This document shows, piece by piece, positions 48,667 to 59,160 of a DNA stretch of 64,000 nucleotides. The translations under genes were made by a program, and so were the position numbers. The stretch's first letter is position 1. Each line of letters begins with the position of its first letter. Origin of the DNA: a virus (taxonomy: Duplodnaviria > Caudoviricetes). The notes below the pieces were generated by a model. It was not told the DNA's origin and made no database searches. It saw nothing but the letters and a program-made list of their open reading frames with translations. The stretch covers positions 1 through 64,000 of IMG/VR virus record IMGVR_UViG_3300037067_022020. One strand, written 5' to 3'.

Positions 48667-48966
48667 ATGACAGAGACATTAGGAAGCATAATAGATAAAT
48701 TAACAACCGTTAATTTAAAAATGTGGAACGCCCAAGAGCTTCTTTATGAAATTAGAAGAATGACCTTTGAAGAATACAAAAAAAAATATTTTGAAAATGA
48801 AGAAGGTGCGAAGATTCTTTGGAGTATACTTAAAAATTCATGTGATTTAAATATTCAAAGAAATGTTTTAATTGATGGAATTGATGAACATATATTAAAT
48901 TTACTTAATGAAGATTTAACTGAATTGAATTCTACATATTTACAAAAAAAACATAAAACATACTAA
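48667..48966 (+). CDS. DUF4254-like helical protein
   Basis: ETLGSIIDKL...NLKMW..QE...N.QRN.LI..IDE. Confidence 0.6.
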   Translation: MTETLGSIIDKLTTVNLKMWNAQELLYEIRRMTFEEYKKKYFENEEGAKILWSILKNSCDLNIQRNVLIDGIDEHILNLLNEDLTELNSTYLQKKHKTY

Positions 48967-48971
48967 ATCCA

Positions 48972-49811
48972 ATGGTAAGATTACAAGTTGAAGTTAGTTC
49001 ATATTGTAATATGAAGTGTCCCATTTGTTCTCATAAAATATTAACAAGACAAATGGGATTTATGCCGATTGAGTTATGGCAAAAAATAGTATTAGATGCA
49101 AAGGAAAATGGGCATTTAATAGATTATCTTCATCATATGGGTGAACCTTTGTTATGGCCACATATTATAAATGGAATTAATTTTTTAACAAAAAATGGAT
49201 TAAAAACGCAAATATCTACAAATGGAATTCTTTTAACAGAAGAAATGGCAAAAAATTTGTATTACGCTGGACAAGAAGAAATAATCGTTGCTATAGATAC
49301 TTTAAATCCCATTGCTTATGAAAAAATAAGAGGGTCAAAAACTATTTTAGAAAATATTAAAAAGAATATTTATACTGTATTAAGTAATACTAATTTGAAA
49401 ATAAAGGCTCAATTTATGCCTACTAAATATAACTTGGATGAAACTAAAGATGATTTTTTGAAAGAATTTAAATCACCAAATTTTTTTATAGATGATTGGT
49501 TTGTTGTGAGACCGGAGGGGGCTGAAAATGCTTCTACTTTTCTTACTCATACAATAGATGAAATTGATAAATCACTTTGTGATAAACTTTATGAACGATT
49601 AGTAGTATTATGGAATGGACAGACAGTTTTATGCTGTTTAGATGTCCAGGGGGAAATGATAACCGGTGATTTAAATAAAAATTCTATAAGTGAAATATTT
49701 TATGGTGATCGGGCCGAATTTTTTAGAGAACAAATAAAATCAAAAAAATTTCCACAAACATGTAAAAAATGTTTTGCAGATCATTTAATTTTACATAACA
49801 TAGTAAAATGA
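48972..49811 (+). CDS. radical SAM protein with SPASM/twitch domain
   Basis: CNMKCPIC, GEPLL, STNG, C...G....CC.D...G.L...SI.EI...CKKC. Confidence 0.92.
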   Translation: MVRLQVEVSSYCNMKCPICSHKILTRQMGFMPIELWQKIVLDAKENGHLIDYLHHMGEPLLWPHIINGINFLTKNGLKTQISTNGILLTEEMAKNLYYAGQEEIIVAIDTLNPIAYEKIRGSKTILENIKKNIYTVLSNTNLKIKAQFMPTKYNLDETKDDFLKEFKSPNFFIDDWFVVRPEGAENASTFLTHTIDEIDKSLCDKLYERLVVLWNGQTVLCCLDVQGEMITGDLNKNSISEIFYGDRAEFFREQIKSKKFPQTCKKCFADHLILHNIVK

Positions 49812-50344
49812 AAAAAAGAGTAGAAGAGCTTTTGAAACAATATAGGATGGGTAATATTCTTGATGATTGCGGGGGTGTAAATTTGTTAATAGGATTAAAG
49901 CAAATGATAGAAGAGAATCTAAATAATGATTCGATCATTTGTGAAATTGGTTCATATGAAGGAAAATCATCGGAAATGTTTGCAATATTTTGTAAAGAAA
50001 TTTATTGCATTGACGTTTTTACTAACAATGCTGTCGAAGAAACATTTGATAAAATGCTGCAAAATTATGACAATATAAAAAAAATAAAAAATTCCAGTAT
50101 AAATGCAGCAGAATTATTTTCTGATCATTTTTTTGATTGTGTTTATATAGATGCAAATCATGATTATAATTCCGTAAAACAAGATATTTTATTATGGAGA
50201 AATAAAGTAAAATTTGGTGGATTTTTATCCGGCCATGATTATCATTATGGTGCTGGTGGGGTATATGAAGCATTACAAGAATTATATAAATATACTGAAA
50301 TAGAAATTTATCAAGATTCGAGTTGGATTTTAAAACTAAATTAA
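49808..50344 (+). CDS. class I SAM methyltransferase (Methyltransf_24-like)
   Basis: EIGSYEGKS, YIDANHDY..V..DI..W..KVK.GG.L.GHDY. Confidence 0.9.
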   Translation: MKKRVEELLKQYRMGNILDDCGGVNLLIGLKQMIEENLNNDSIICEIGSYEGKSSEMFAIFCKEIYCIDVFTNNAVEETFDKMLQNYDNIKKIKNSSINAAELFSDHFFDCVYIDANHDYNSVKQDILLWRNKVKFGGFLSGHDYHYGAGGVYEALQELYKYTEIEIYQDSSWILKLN

Positions 50345-50345
50345 T

Positions 50346-50978
50346 ATGCTAGAAGAACTCGCTAAAAAATATCATGTTGATAAAGCAAATCTGGGTCAAT
50401 CTGGTGGGCATAATTATATTCCTTTTTATGAACAAATTTTAAGAAATAAAAAAGAATCTATAAAAAATGTTCTTGAAATAGGTGTCGCCAAAGGTGTCTC
50501 GTTAAAAATGTGGCGAGATTATTTTCAAAATGCTACAATTTATGGCTGGGATATATTAGATTCCTCATTCATAAATGATGAAAGAATACAAACATTTATT
50601 GTAGATCAGTCAAATATTTCTCAAATTAATGATTTCTTTTCATATATTGGTAATATTGAATTTGATTTTATAATTGATGATGGAAGCCATCAATTCTTAC
50701 ATCAAATGATAAGTTTATTTAATTTATTTCCTAAACTAGTTTCAGATGGTATATATATTATAGAAGATTTATGGCATAATGTACCGGATTGTTTTTTGAA
50801 ATTAGAACGAAAATCAAATTATTTTAATGTAATTGATCCTACAATAAAACAGATTATTCCTAAGTATCAAATTGAATATTTGCTTGATAATTTGATCTGT
50901 TGTCAAAAAAATAATGTCACATTTTCATCTGCAGATGATAAAACAGATCATCAGTTTTATGTATTTTATAAAAAATAA
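50346..50978 (+). CDS. class I SAM methyltransferase (sugar O-methyltransferase-like)
   Basis: H.Y...YE, VLEIGV..G.SL.MW..YF, DQS, IIDDGSH, GIYIIEDL. Confidence 0.88.
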   Translation: MLEELAKKYHVDKANLGQSGGHNYIPFYEQILRNKKESIKNVLEIGVAKGVSLKMWRDYFQNATIYGWDILDSSFINDERIQTFIVDQSNISQINDFFSYIGNIEFDFIIDDGSHQFLHQMISLFNLFPKLVSDGIYIIEDLWHNVPDCFLKLERKSNYFNVIDPTIKQIIPKYQIEYLLDNLICCQKNNVTFSSADDKTDHQFYVFYKK

Positions 50979-50980
50979 AT

Positions 50981-51589
50981 ATGATATTTTACAGTCAACA
51001 AAATGAAGATAAACTACTCTACGAAAAATACTTAAATTATAAGAATGGATTTTTCATTGAAGTTGGAGCGATGAACGGTATTTCATATTCAAATACTAAA
51101 TTTTTTGAAGATGAATTAAATTGGACTGGTATTTTAATAGAACCGACAAACCAGTTTGATCAATTAATACAAAATAGACCAAAATGTCATAATTATAATT
51201 TTGCTATTTCAAAAACAGATGGCGAAATAAGTTTTATTGGGGTTGGAGCATTAAGTGGAGCCATTGATTCAATGGCATCATCATATATTGATATTTGGAA
51301 AATAAATTCCAAAAATTCATACAAAGTAAAGTCAATACCACTTCATAAAATAACTAATGAATTATTTATTGAAAAAATTGATTTGCTATCAATCGATGTC
51401 GAAGGTGGAGAATTGGAGGTATTAAATACAATTGACTGGGAAATACCAATTTTTATAATTTTGATCGAATTAGATGGGCATAATAAAGAAAAAGATGAAG
51501 AATGTAGAAAAATATTAATAATCAATGGATTCGAGTTCGATACTAGAATAGGATTAAATGATATTTGGATTAACAGGGACTTTCTATGA
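50981..51589 (+). CDS. FkbM-family methyltransferase
   Basis: YSQ..ED, FIEVGA.NG...SNT, GILIEP, IDLLSIDVEGGE. Confidence 0.9.
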   Translation: MIFYSQQNEDKLLYEKYLNYKNGFFIEVGAMNGISYSNTKFFEDELNWTGILIEPTNQFDQLIQNRPKCHNYNFAISKTDGEISFIGVGALSGAIDSMASSYIDIWKINSKNSYKVKSIPLHKITNELFIEKIDLLSIDVEGGELEVLNTIDWEIPIFIILIELDGHNKEKDEECRKILIINGFEFDTRIGLNDIWINRDFL

Positions 51590-52485
51590 AAATAATTTAT
51601 TTTTTAGCCTTCGATGAAAGTAAAGCACACGCTGAATATAAAGATGATGTTCTTTTAAGTTGGATTATTCCATCTATCAGGCAATGTATGTTTTTAAACC
51701 AATCATGTGAAATTCATATTATTACTAATATAGAAAATATAAAAAGTTATATTAAATCTAATAAAATCTTTTATCATTCATTTGAATCTTATTATTCTGA
51801 AGACATTGGTTGGTTTAATAAACATTATATTCATTTAAGTCCTAATCATTATCAATTTGAAAAGAATGCAATAATGCGATTATTTTATTTACGAAATTTT
51901 TGTATTATAAATAATATAGATTCTTTCCTCCACCTTGAGCCAGATGTTTTAGTTTACAGTGATGTTATCGAAGACAAGAAATTTTTTGAACCTAATTTTG
52001 ATATGACCCTAGTTCATAATCTTGGATGCGGCGTTAATTTCTTAAATAATAGTATAAATGCATTACATGAAATTTGTGAAAATATATGTAATTCATATTC
52101 AATTCCACAAAAAGAACCAAGGGCATTTGATTTAACTTTTGAACAAAAAAATAAATTAGCCAGTATCTCGGATATGAATTTTTGGCAACATTATGGAACT
52201 ACACATGAAAGAGTTTTTAAAGAAATGGATCAAAATTTAAACGGGATATTCTACCAAACTTATATACATACTCCAAATAATAGTGGAATATATTCAATAA
52301 ATGATTGGGAAAATGTTATTGATCCCGAACTTGATGTTAGATTAAAAAAAATTGATATAAATGATAATAAATGTTTTTCTATTTATAAAGGAGAAAAAGT
52401 ACAAATCAAATATTTACATTTTCATGGTAATAGAAAAAGAATAATTAAAAATTATCTATTGAATGAGAGGTGGAGAACTAGTTAA
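51586..52485 (+). CDS. putative GT-A glycosyltransferase
   Basis: FE...I.R.F.L, HLEPDVLVY, SDM, LHFHG..K. Confidence 0.6.
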   Translation: MKIIYFLAFDESKAHAEYKDDVLLSWIIPSIRQCMFLNQSCEIHIITNIENIKSYIKSNKIFYHSFESYYSEDIGWFNKHYIHLSPNHYQFEKNAIMRLFYLRNFCIINNIDSFLHLEPDVLVYSDVIEDKKFFEPNFDMTLVHNLGCGVNFLNNSINALHEICENICNSYSIPQKEPRAFDLTFEQKNKLASISDMNFWQHYGTTHERVFKEMDQNLNGIFYQTYIHTPNNSGIYSINDWENVIDPELDVRLKKIDINDNKCFSIYKGEKVQIKYLHFHGNRKRIIKNYLLNERWRTS

Positions 52486-53351
52486 TGAAAAATTTTGAAA
52501 TTTTAAAAAATATATACATATGCTCTAATGGATTAATATTTGACGAAAATGGATTAATAATTAAAGTGCATAAAGATCATGAATTTATTTATAAATCAGC
52601 AAAGAAAAACTTATCGGATTATAAAATAATTAATCTTTTAGAAAATGAGTATGTAGATCTTACACATTATTATAATCATTGGCCGTTTGCCCACAGATAT
52701 GACTGTTTATCAAGATTAAGACATTTAGAACAAATAAAAAATGAAAATACAAATTTTATCATTGGCATACCCCAGGGGTATATTGGGAGCCAAAGATTTG
52801 AATTAGAATGTAAACTTTTTGGAATCAATAAAAAAATTTATTATTCAAATAATTCGTTTACATTTAAAGTTAAATCTCTAATTTATCCGTTTTGGTTAAT
52901 TGGGGAAAATCCCTGTCATTTCACTAATGATTCGTTTTTATTTTGTCGGTCAAAATATGAAAACTATTTTACAAATAATAATACAAAATATAAATTATTT
53001 TTATCGAGACTTAATTATAGAAAAATCTTAAATTATTCGGAAGTTCATGAGTTTTTTGAAAAAAATGGATTCATTATAATAAACGGATCTGAAGATTTAG
53101 AATCGATAATAAATTATTTCTTCAATGCTGAAATAATAATCGGGGTCCATGGGGGACTTTTTTCCAATTTAATTTTTTGTGATAATTTAAAAAAAGTAAT
53201 TGAGATATTTCCCGAAAATTATTATAACGGATGTTATTATGGATGGAAAGATATTATAAAAATAAAATTATATGAAACAATAATTGTCCCATCAGAAAAT
53301 ATTGATATTGTTCTTTCACAGCAAATTATGAATAAATTAGTTAGTTTGTAA
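52485..53351 (+). CDS. GT61-like glycosyltransferase
   Basis: LFLSR...R.ILN..EV, F.NA.IIIGVHGG.FSNLIFC....VIEIFP. Confidence 0.85.
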   Translation: MKNFEILKNIYICSNGLIFDENGLIIKVHKDHEFIYKSAKKNLSDYKIINLLENEYVDLTHYYNHWPFAHRYDCLSRLRHLEQIKNENTNFIIGIPQGYIGSQRFELECKLFGINKKIYYSNNSFTFKVKSLIYPFWLIGENPCHFTNDSFLFCRSKYENYFTNNNTKYKLFLSRLNYRKILNYSEVHEFFEKNGFIIINGSEDLESIINYFFNAEIIIGVHGGLFSNLIFCDNLKKVIEIFPENYYNGCYYGWKDIIKIKLYETIIVPSENIDIVLSQQIMNKLVSL

Positions 53352-53405
53352 AAAGCTAACCATAACATCAAAATTATATTTCAATAATATTTAGTATCTA
53401 AAAAA

Positions 53406-56400
53406 ATGAAAAAAACTTATCAAAATAAAATAATTGTGGAAACAAAGGAATTTAGACCGAAACCACAATATCCAACATATCCCCCATATCATAAAGGTTA
53501 TTATCTGGAGGAGTCGTTTTTTAATTATTTTAATAAAAATAATGTTGAATTAGATCGGATTTATATTCCTATTTTTTGGACAAATTGTTATAATAATAAT
53601 TGGTATAATAAAATATCTACCTCAAGTATACAAGATTATTTAAACACGTTAGATCCTGATTTAAAATATTTTACTATTTGCCAACATGAAAGAGCTCCAC
53701 TTGAAAAATTACCAAAAAATACATTGATTTTCATATCTTCGGGTAAAATTTCTGAAAATAATGATAGTAATAATATTATTCCTATTCCGTTAATTTGCTC
53801 CAAAATTCCCAAGCCAAATAAAAATAAAAAACGAGATATTTTTTGTTCATTTATCGGGTCAAATACACATGAGATAAGAACGAAATTATATGACCAATTA
53901 AAGAATGATGAAAAATATTATATTGAAATGGATAAATGGGATTTAAATATCTCTGAAACCAAGACGGCTAATTTTAAAAATATTATGGAGCGATCATTGT
54001 TTTCTCTTTGTCCAAGAGGTAATGGCCCAACTAGTTTTCGTTTATATGAGGCTATGCAACTTGGCTCAATTCCTGTATATGTTTATAATAAAAAATGGCT
54101 TCCGTATGAAGAAGAATTAAATTGGTTAAATTTATGCATTCTTATTCACGAAAATGAAATATCACATATTAAAGATATTCTCGAAAATATTTCCCAGGAG
54201 AGAATAGATTTTATGAAAAATTTTATAGCTGAAGTTTATGATGACTGGTTCACTTTAGAAAAAGTATGTGAAAAAATAACCACATATATAAAAAATGAAA
54301 AAATGAGGTTACTTACTTTTTATTCTACTTCACATGAAATATTATTAAAAAACTATTTTTTACCGTCATTAAAAAAAATTAATGAATTTGATATTATTGC
54401 TGAAAAATTTAATCAAATCGGAGCAGCCGGTTCTTATTTTGAAAATGGCTGGAGAGAATCTATGTTACAAAAATTAAAATTTTTAGTTAAAACGGTAAAT
54501 GAACGTTGGGGAGAATATTTCGTCTTTTCAGATGTAGATGTTATTTTTATTGATAAAATTAAAAACTTTTTACTAAATGAAATAAAAAAAGAAAACTCTG
54601 ATGTTGTATTTCAACGTGATTGCAATAATTTATGTGCTGGATTTTTTATGATGAAAAGTAATGAAGCGACGTTACAATTTTTAAATAAATGTATCGACAC
54701 CTATCAGTCATATCCTCAATACGATGATCAAGATGTAATGAGAGTCCATGCAAAAACAATGTTGAATTATAAATTACTTCCAGATGAAATATTTAATATT
54801 TCTATGATTAATAATGGTAAAGTATGGGATGGGGAATATTATGAAATTCCCCGTAATATTTTAGCTTTTCATGCAAATTGGACCATTGGTGTTAAAGCTA
54901 AAATTGATTTATTTAAGCATGCAATAAATAGTTTAAAAAGTTTAGCATTTCTTAAGCAAAAAAACTTAGATTTATATTTTCATACTTTTAAAGATGGGTC
55001 TGTATTTGTTGGTGATATTCAAAGTGGAAGAATGATTGAAGGTCATTATTTAAAAGAAGAAAATAAAATAATATTATCAGATAATAAAAATAGTAATAAA
55101 AAATTAAAAGTTAATGTGTATTTTAATTATTTTGAGGCAAAATCAGAACAAAGAAATAAAGAAATAATATATTGTTTAGATCAATTAATTTTGAATAAAA
55201 AAATTGATAAAATATACTTAATTTGTTCGGATGAATATAAAAATAAATTAAATAAAAAAATTACAAAAATTAACATGTTTAATATTCAACCAACATTTAA
55301 TGATATGTTTAATATTATTAATTTTAATACAAAAGCTGATGATTTAAATATTTTATTAAATTCCGATTGCTATATTGATGAAGAAAATATTGATATTATT
55401 TTAGAAAATATAACATCAAATACAGTTTACTGTCTTTCAAGGTGGAATATTGAAAAAATTCAGCCATTTAAAACTAAACATTATGATATAGATTGTAGTC
55501 AAGATGCATGGATTTTTAAAGGTGGGGTACACAATGTAAATGCTGATTTTCAAATGGGTGTAGTTGGTTGTGACAATGCTATAGCATTTGAATTTGAAAA
55601 GGCTAATTTTTATGTATCTAATCCATCGAAGGATATAAAAATTTATCATTATCATTTTTCAGAAATTAGAACTCATGGAGTATTACATGAGGAAAAAGAA
55701 AAAAATAGAATAAAAAGGCAATATAAATTTATTCCAAGTTCATTTTTAAAAGGATTAACTCCCCCCACACATATGATCAAAGAATCTAATTTAAAAGAAT
55801 TAAATCCCCCCACACATATGATCAAAGAATCTAATTTAAAAGAAACTATAATACCCGAAATAAAATCTCAAGTAAATAAAGAAAAAATCAAAAATAAAAG
55901 AATTAAAGTTAATATATATTTTAATTATTATAAATCAACTTTACCAGAAAGAACAAAGGAAATAAAATTTTGTTTATCGAAATTAATAAATAATAAAGAA
56001 ATATCTCGATTATTTTTATTATGTAATGATAATATCAATATTAAAAATAATAAAGTTTTTAAGACATTAATATCTGATAAAAAACCAACATATAAAGAAA
56101 TTTTTAATTTAATTAATATTAATTCTGGAATTAATGATATTAATATTATTGTTAATTCCGATTGTTATATCGATGAAAAAAATATTAAACTTATCAAAGA
56201 AAACATTTCAAATAATCAGGTTTATTGTTTATCAAGATGGAATATTACAAATTTAAAAACTCTAACCTCCGAGCATTTTAATAAAGAATCAAGTCAAGAT
56301 GCTTGGGTTTTTAGGGGGATGATTTCTGATAAAATTAATGGTAATTATATGATGGGAATACCCGGATGTGATAATGCCATAGCGTTTGAATTTAATGATT

Positions 56401-56843
56401 TAAAATACGAAGTTCTCAACCCATCATTAGATATTAAAGTATTTCATGTCCACCTTTCGGGGTATAGAACTTATAAAGAAAAAGATAGACTTAGAATGCA
56501 ATATAAATTTGTTGAACCAAGTAAATTGAAACTAAAAATTAATGATCAATTGAAAACAAAAGAAACCGAAGTTGATGAATCCCCATCAACTAGATATGGA
56601 GTAAAAATACATTCTGCTGGTTCTGGGGTTATTTTAGAATTACCCCCCGAAATGTCTGGAGCTGAATTAAAACAATTTAAGCAAGATCAACAATCTCAAC
56701 TTTCTGAATTAAGGCCCAAGGAGATACCCCCAAATCAAAAAACTGCAGCGCAACTTTGGGAAGAAGAAGTTAAACAAGCTGAAAAAGAATGTAGGGAACC
56801 AAGAAAACGAAATATGCAGTCGGATGGAGGGATAATACCATGA
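53406..56843 (+). CDS. multidomain glycosyltransferase: exostosin/GT47-like + GT77-like + two duplicated GT-A-like domains
   Basis: SLFSLCPRG.GPTSFRLYEAMQLGSIPVY; FSDVDV...CAGFF...DDQ...FHANW; two copies of NSDCYIDE...LSRW...SQDAW.F.G...GCDNAIA. Confidence 0.85.
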   Translation: MKKTYQNKIIVETKEFRPKPQYPTYPPYHKGYYLEESFFNYFNKNNVELDRIYIPIFWTNCYNNNWYNKISTSSIQDYLNTLDPDLKYFTICQHERAPLEKLPKNTLIFISSGKISENNDSNNIIPIPLICSKIPKPNKNKKRDIFCSFIGSNTHEIRTKLYDQLKNDEKYYIEMDKWDLNISETKTANFKNIMERSLFSLCPRGNGPTSFRLYEAMQLGSIPVYVYNKKWLPYEEELNWLNLCILIHENEISHIKDILENISQERIDFMKNFIAEVYDDWFTLEKVCEKITTYIKNEKMRLLTFYSTSHEILLKNYFLPSLKKINEFDIIAEKFNQIGAAGSYFENGWRESMLQKLKFLVKTVNERWGEYFVFSDVDVIFIDKIKNFLLNEIKKENSDVVFQRDCNNLCAGFFMMKSNEATLQFLNKCIDTYQSYPQYDDQDVMRVHAKTMLNYKLLPDEIFNISMINNGKVWDGEYYEIPRNILAFHANWTIGVKAKIDLFKHAINSLKSLAFLKQKNLDLYFHTFKDGSVFVGDIQSGRMIEGHYLKEENKIILSDNKNSNKKLKVNVYFNYFEAKSEQRNKEIIYCLDQLILNKKIDKIYLICSDEYKNKLNKKITKINMFNIQPTFNDMFNIINFNTKADDLNILLNSDCYIDEENIDIILENITSNTVYCLSRWNIEKIQPFKTKHYDIDCSQDAWIFKGGVHNVNADFQMGVVGCDNAIAFEFEKANFYVSNPSKDIKIYHYHFSEIRTHGVLHEEKEKNRIKRQYKFIPSSFLKGLTPPTHMIKESNLKELNPPTHMIKESNLKETIIPEIKSQVNKEKIKNKRIKVNIYFNYYKSTLPERTKEIKFCLSKLINNKEISRLFLLCNDNINIKNNKVFKTLISDKKPTYKEIFNLININSGINDINIIVNSDCYIDEKNIKLIKENISNNQVYCLSRWNITNLKTLTSEHFNKESSQDAWVFRGMISDKINGNYMMGIPGCDNAIAFEFNDLKYEVLNPSLDIKVFHVHLSGYRTYKEKDRLRMQYKFVEPSKLKLKINDQLKTKETEVDESPSTRYGVKIHSAGSGVILELPPEMSGAELKQFKQDQQSQLSELRPKEIPPNQKTAAQLWEEEVKQAEKECREPRKRNMQSDGGIIP
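55755..55844 (+). repeat. 45-nt tandem duplication in an interdomain linker
   Basis: ttaa(c/a)tccccccacacatatgatcaaagaatctaatttaaaagaa twice, 44/45 identical. Confidence 0.95.
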
Positions 56844-57727
56844 AAACAGCATTAATAACAGGAGCAACAGGATATTTGGGATCGTATTTATTGCCAGCTT
56901 TAGAAAATTTTGAAATAAATTGTTATATCTCAAATCAAAAAAATGCAAATTTGAGTAACTATGAAAACTTATATCAATTTAATAATATTGAATTTGATTA
57001 TATATTTCATTTAGCGGCTTGGACAAAAGCCGGTGATTTTTGTTTATATTATCCTTATTCTCAATGGGATATAAATAATAAAATGAATCATAATATTATA
57101 AAATATTGGAAAAATTTTCAACCACAAGCAAAGTTTATTGGTATAGGTACTAGTTGTTCTTATGATCCAGACTTACCATTTGAAGAAAATTTTTATTTAG
57201 ATGGTAAATTGGATAAAGATTTATTTGCTTATGCAATGACAAAAAGAATGATGTTAATTGGATTACAATCAGCACGAAAGCAATATGGGTTAGATTATTT
57301 ATATTTTATTCCTTCGACAATTTATGGACCAAATTTTTCAGATAAAGATGATCATTTTATTTATGATATAGTAAGAAAAATAAAATTTGCTAAAAAAACT
57401 AATTTAGATGCTACACTTTGGGGTACTGGATATCAAATTAGAGATTTAATTTATATTGATAATCTAATTGGGGCGATTATACAAGCTACAATTATAGATA
57501 ATTTTAAAAATGAAATATTTAATATAAGTTCAGGAGAAGCATTCAGTATTAGAGAATATGCAAAAAAGATTTGTGATAAATTAGAATATGATTTTGAAAA
57601 AATTAAATTCGATAAAACAGCATTTTCTGGTGTATACTGTAAAAAACTTGATATAACAAAAGCTGAACAAGCTGGGCTTTTGAATTATATAACTAAATTT
57701 GATGATGGTATTTTAAAATTACTTTAA
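56840..57727 (+). CDS. NDP-sugar epimerase/reductase (GDP-fucose synthase-like SDR)
   Basis: TGATGYLGS, HLAA, GTSCSY, YAMTKR, YGP, LWGTG.QIRDLIY. Confidence 0.9.
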   Translation: MKTALITGATGYLGSYLLPALENFEINCYISNQKNANLSNYENLYQFNNIEFDYIFHLAAWTKAGDFCLYYPYSQWDINNKMNHNIIKYWKNFQPQAKFIGIGTSCSYDPDLPFEENFYLDGKLDKDLFAYAMTKRMMLIGLQSARKQYGLDYLYFIPSTIYGPNFSDKDDHFIYDIVRKIKFAKKTNLDATLWGTGYQIRDLIYIDNLIGAIIQATIIDNFKNEIFNISSGEAFSIREYAKKICDKLEYDFEKIKFDKTAFSGVYCKKLDITKAEQAGLLNYITKFDDGILKLL

Positions 57728-58410
57728 TGTTAGTATCGGTACTAATTCCTTCCAGAGATCGGGTTGATATTTTAAAAAATTCGATTTCATCATTATTAGA
57801 TAATGCTAAAAATTCAGATAGGATTGAGATTTTAGTAAAATTTGATTTTGATGATGTTCAAACTATAACAAGGTTTAATAGTTTAACATTTAGAAAACAA
57901 GATAAAGTCTTATTTGGCGAAAGATTTCGTGGATATAAGGATCATTATTTGTTTCTAAATGATTTAGCAAAATTATCTACTGGGGAATTTCTATTTACCT
58001 GGAATGATGATACTACTATGATGAGTAAAGATTGGGACGAAGAAATTTCTAATTATTCAAGTCAATTTGTCGTTCTTAAACCTCAACATAATATGTCAAC
58101 ATTACAATGGTTCAACGGAAATCCGATTTATCCAAAAAAATGGGTTGAAATTTGTGGTCATGTTGCAATGAATTGTCACACAGATAATTGGATTCATGAC
58201 ATAGCTACTGAATTAGGAATTCAAAAAGAAGCAAAAATGATTATTAGAAATGATGCTAAACATTGGGGTGGATTTGTAGATGATCAAACTTATAGGCAAG
58301 GAAGTATTTTTCAATATGATCATCAAGATTATTATGGTTTAGAAAAAACTCGATTAAGAGAATATGATAAAGAACAAATTAAAAACTATTTAAACACATG
58401 CAAAAAATAG
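57727..58410 (+). CDS. GT2-like glycosyltransferase (paralog A)
   Basis: VSVLIPSR.R, D.DD, WNDD. Confidence 0.8.
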   Translation: MLVSVLIPSRDRVDILKNSISSLLDNAKNSDRIEILVKFDFDDVQTITRFNSLTFRKQDKVLFGERFRGYKDHYLFLNDLAKLSTGEFLFTWNDDTTMMSKDWDEEISNYSSQFVVLKPQHNMSTLQWFNGNPIYPKKWVEICGHVAMNCHTDNWIHDIATELGIQKEAKMIIRNDAKHWGGFVDDQTYRQGSIFQYDHQDYYGLEKTRLREYDKEQIKNYLNTCKK

Positions 58411-59138
58411 TATCGGTATTAATACCAACTCGTGGACGGGTCAAGAGGCTTGAAAAATGTATTAAAAGTTTTGAAACCAATACAGAAGACTTATCTAAAG
58501 TCGAATTAATTTGTAAAGTAGATGATGATGACGAAGATACAATGAAATTTATTATGAATTATAAAACAAACATTTCATTAAATTTTATAATTTCACCAAG
58601 AAAAGATGGATATGGGAGTTTACATGAATTCTATAATAAAATGGCTGAAATATCAACAGGAAAATTTTTATATATTTTCAATGATGATATTTATATGAAT
58701 ACTTTCGGCTGGGAAAAAATAATTGAGGAACATTCTAATCAATTTTGCGTTTTAGCTCATAATACTTATGTGGAAAATAATGCTCCAAAAATTCAAGCAA
58801 CAAAAACTAATATATTCACTCCTAATTATAATGGCAACCCCATATTTCCAAGAAAACTGGTTGAAATTTGTGGGTTTGTATCCCCGCATCAATTAGTAGA
58901 TCATTGGTTTGTTGTATTGCTACGCGAATTAAAATGTAAAAGAATTGATATTGAAAAATGGGTGGATATCAGTTGTATAACTGATCGACCCGACGGAAAT
59001 TATGCTAGTACTGACTTAGATAATACTTACTCAGAAGGAAGAGAGCATATAAATTGGGATCAACCAATTGATTTACGAAAAAATTGTGTATATAAAATAA
59101 TAGAATACTTAAACAATGCAGGATATAAATTAGATTAG
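58398..59138 (+). CDS. GT2-like glycosyltransferase (paralog B)
   Basis: VSVLIPTR.R, DDDD, FNDD. Confidence 0.8.
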   Translation: MQKIVSVLIPTRGRVKRLEKCIKSFETNTEDLSKVELICKVDDDDEDTMKFIMNYKTNISLNFIISPRKDGYGSLHEFYNKMAEISTGKFLYIFNDDIYMNTFGWEKIIEEHSNQFCVLAHNTYVENNAPKIQATKTNIFTPNYNGNPIFPRKLVEICGFVSPHQLVDHWFVVLLRELKCKRIDIEKWVDISCITDRPDGNYASTDLDNTYSEGREHINWDQPIDLRKNCVYKIIEYLNNAGYKLD

Positions 59139-59160
59139 CAAATCTTTTTGAATTAATTAA

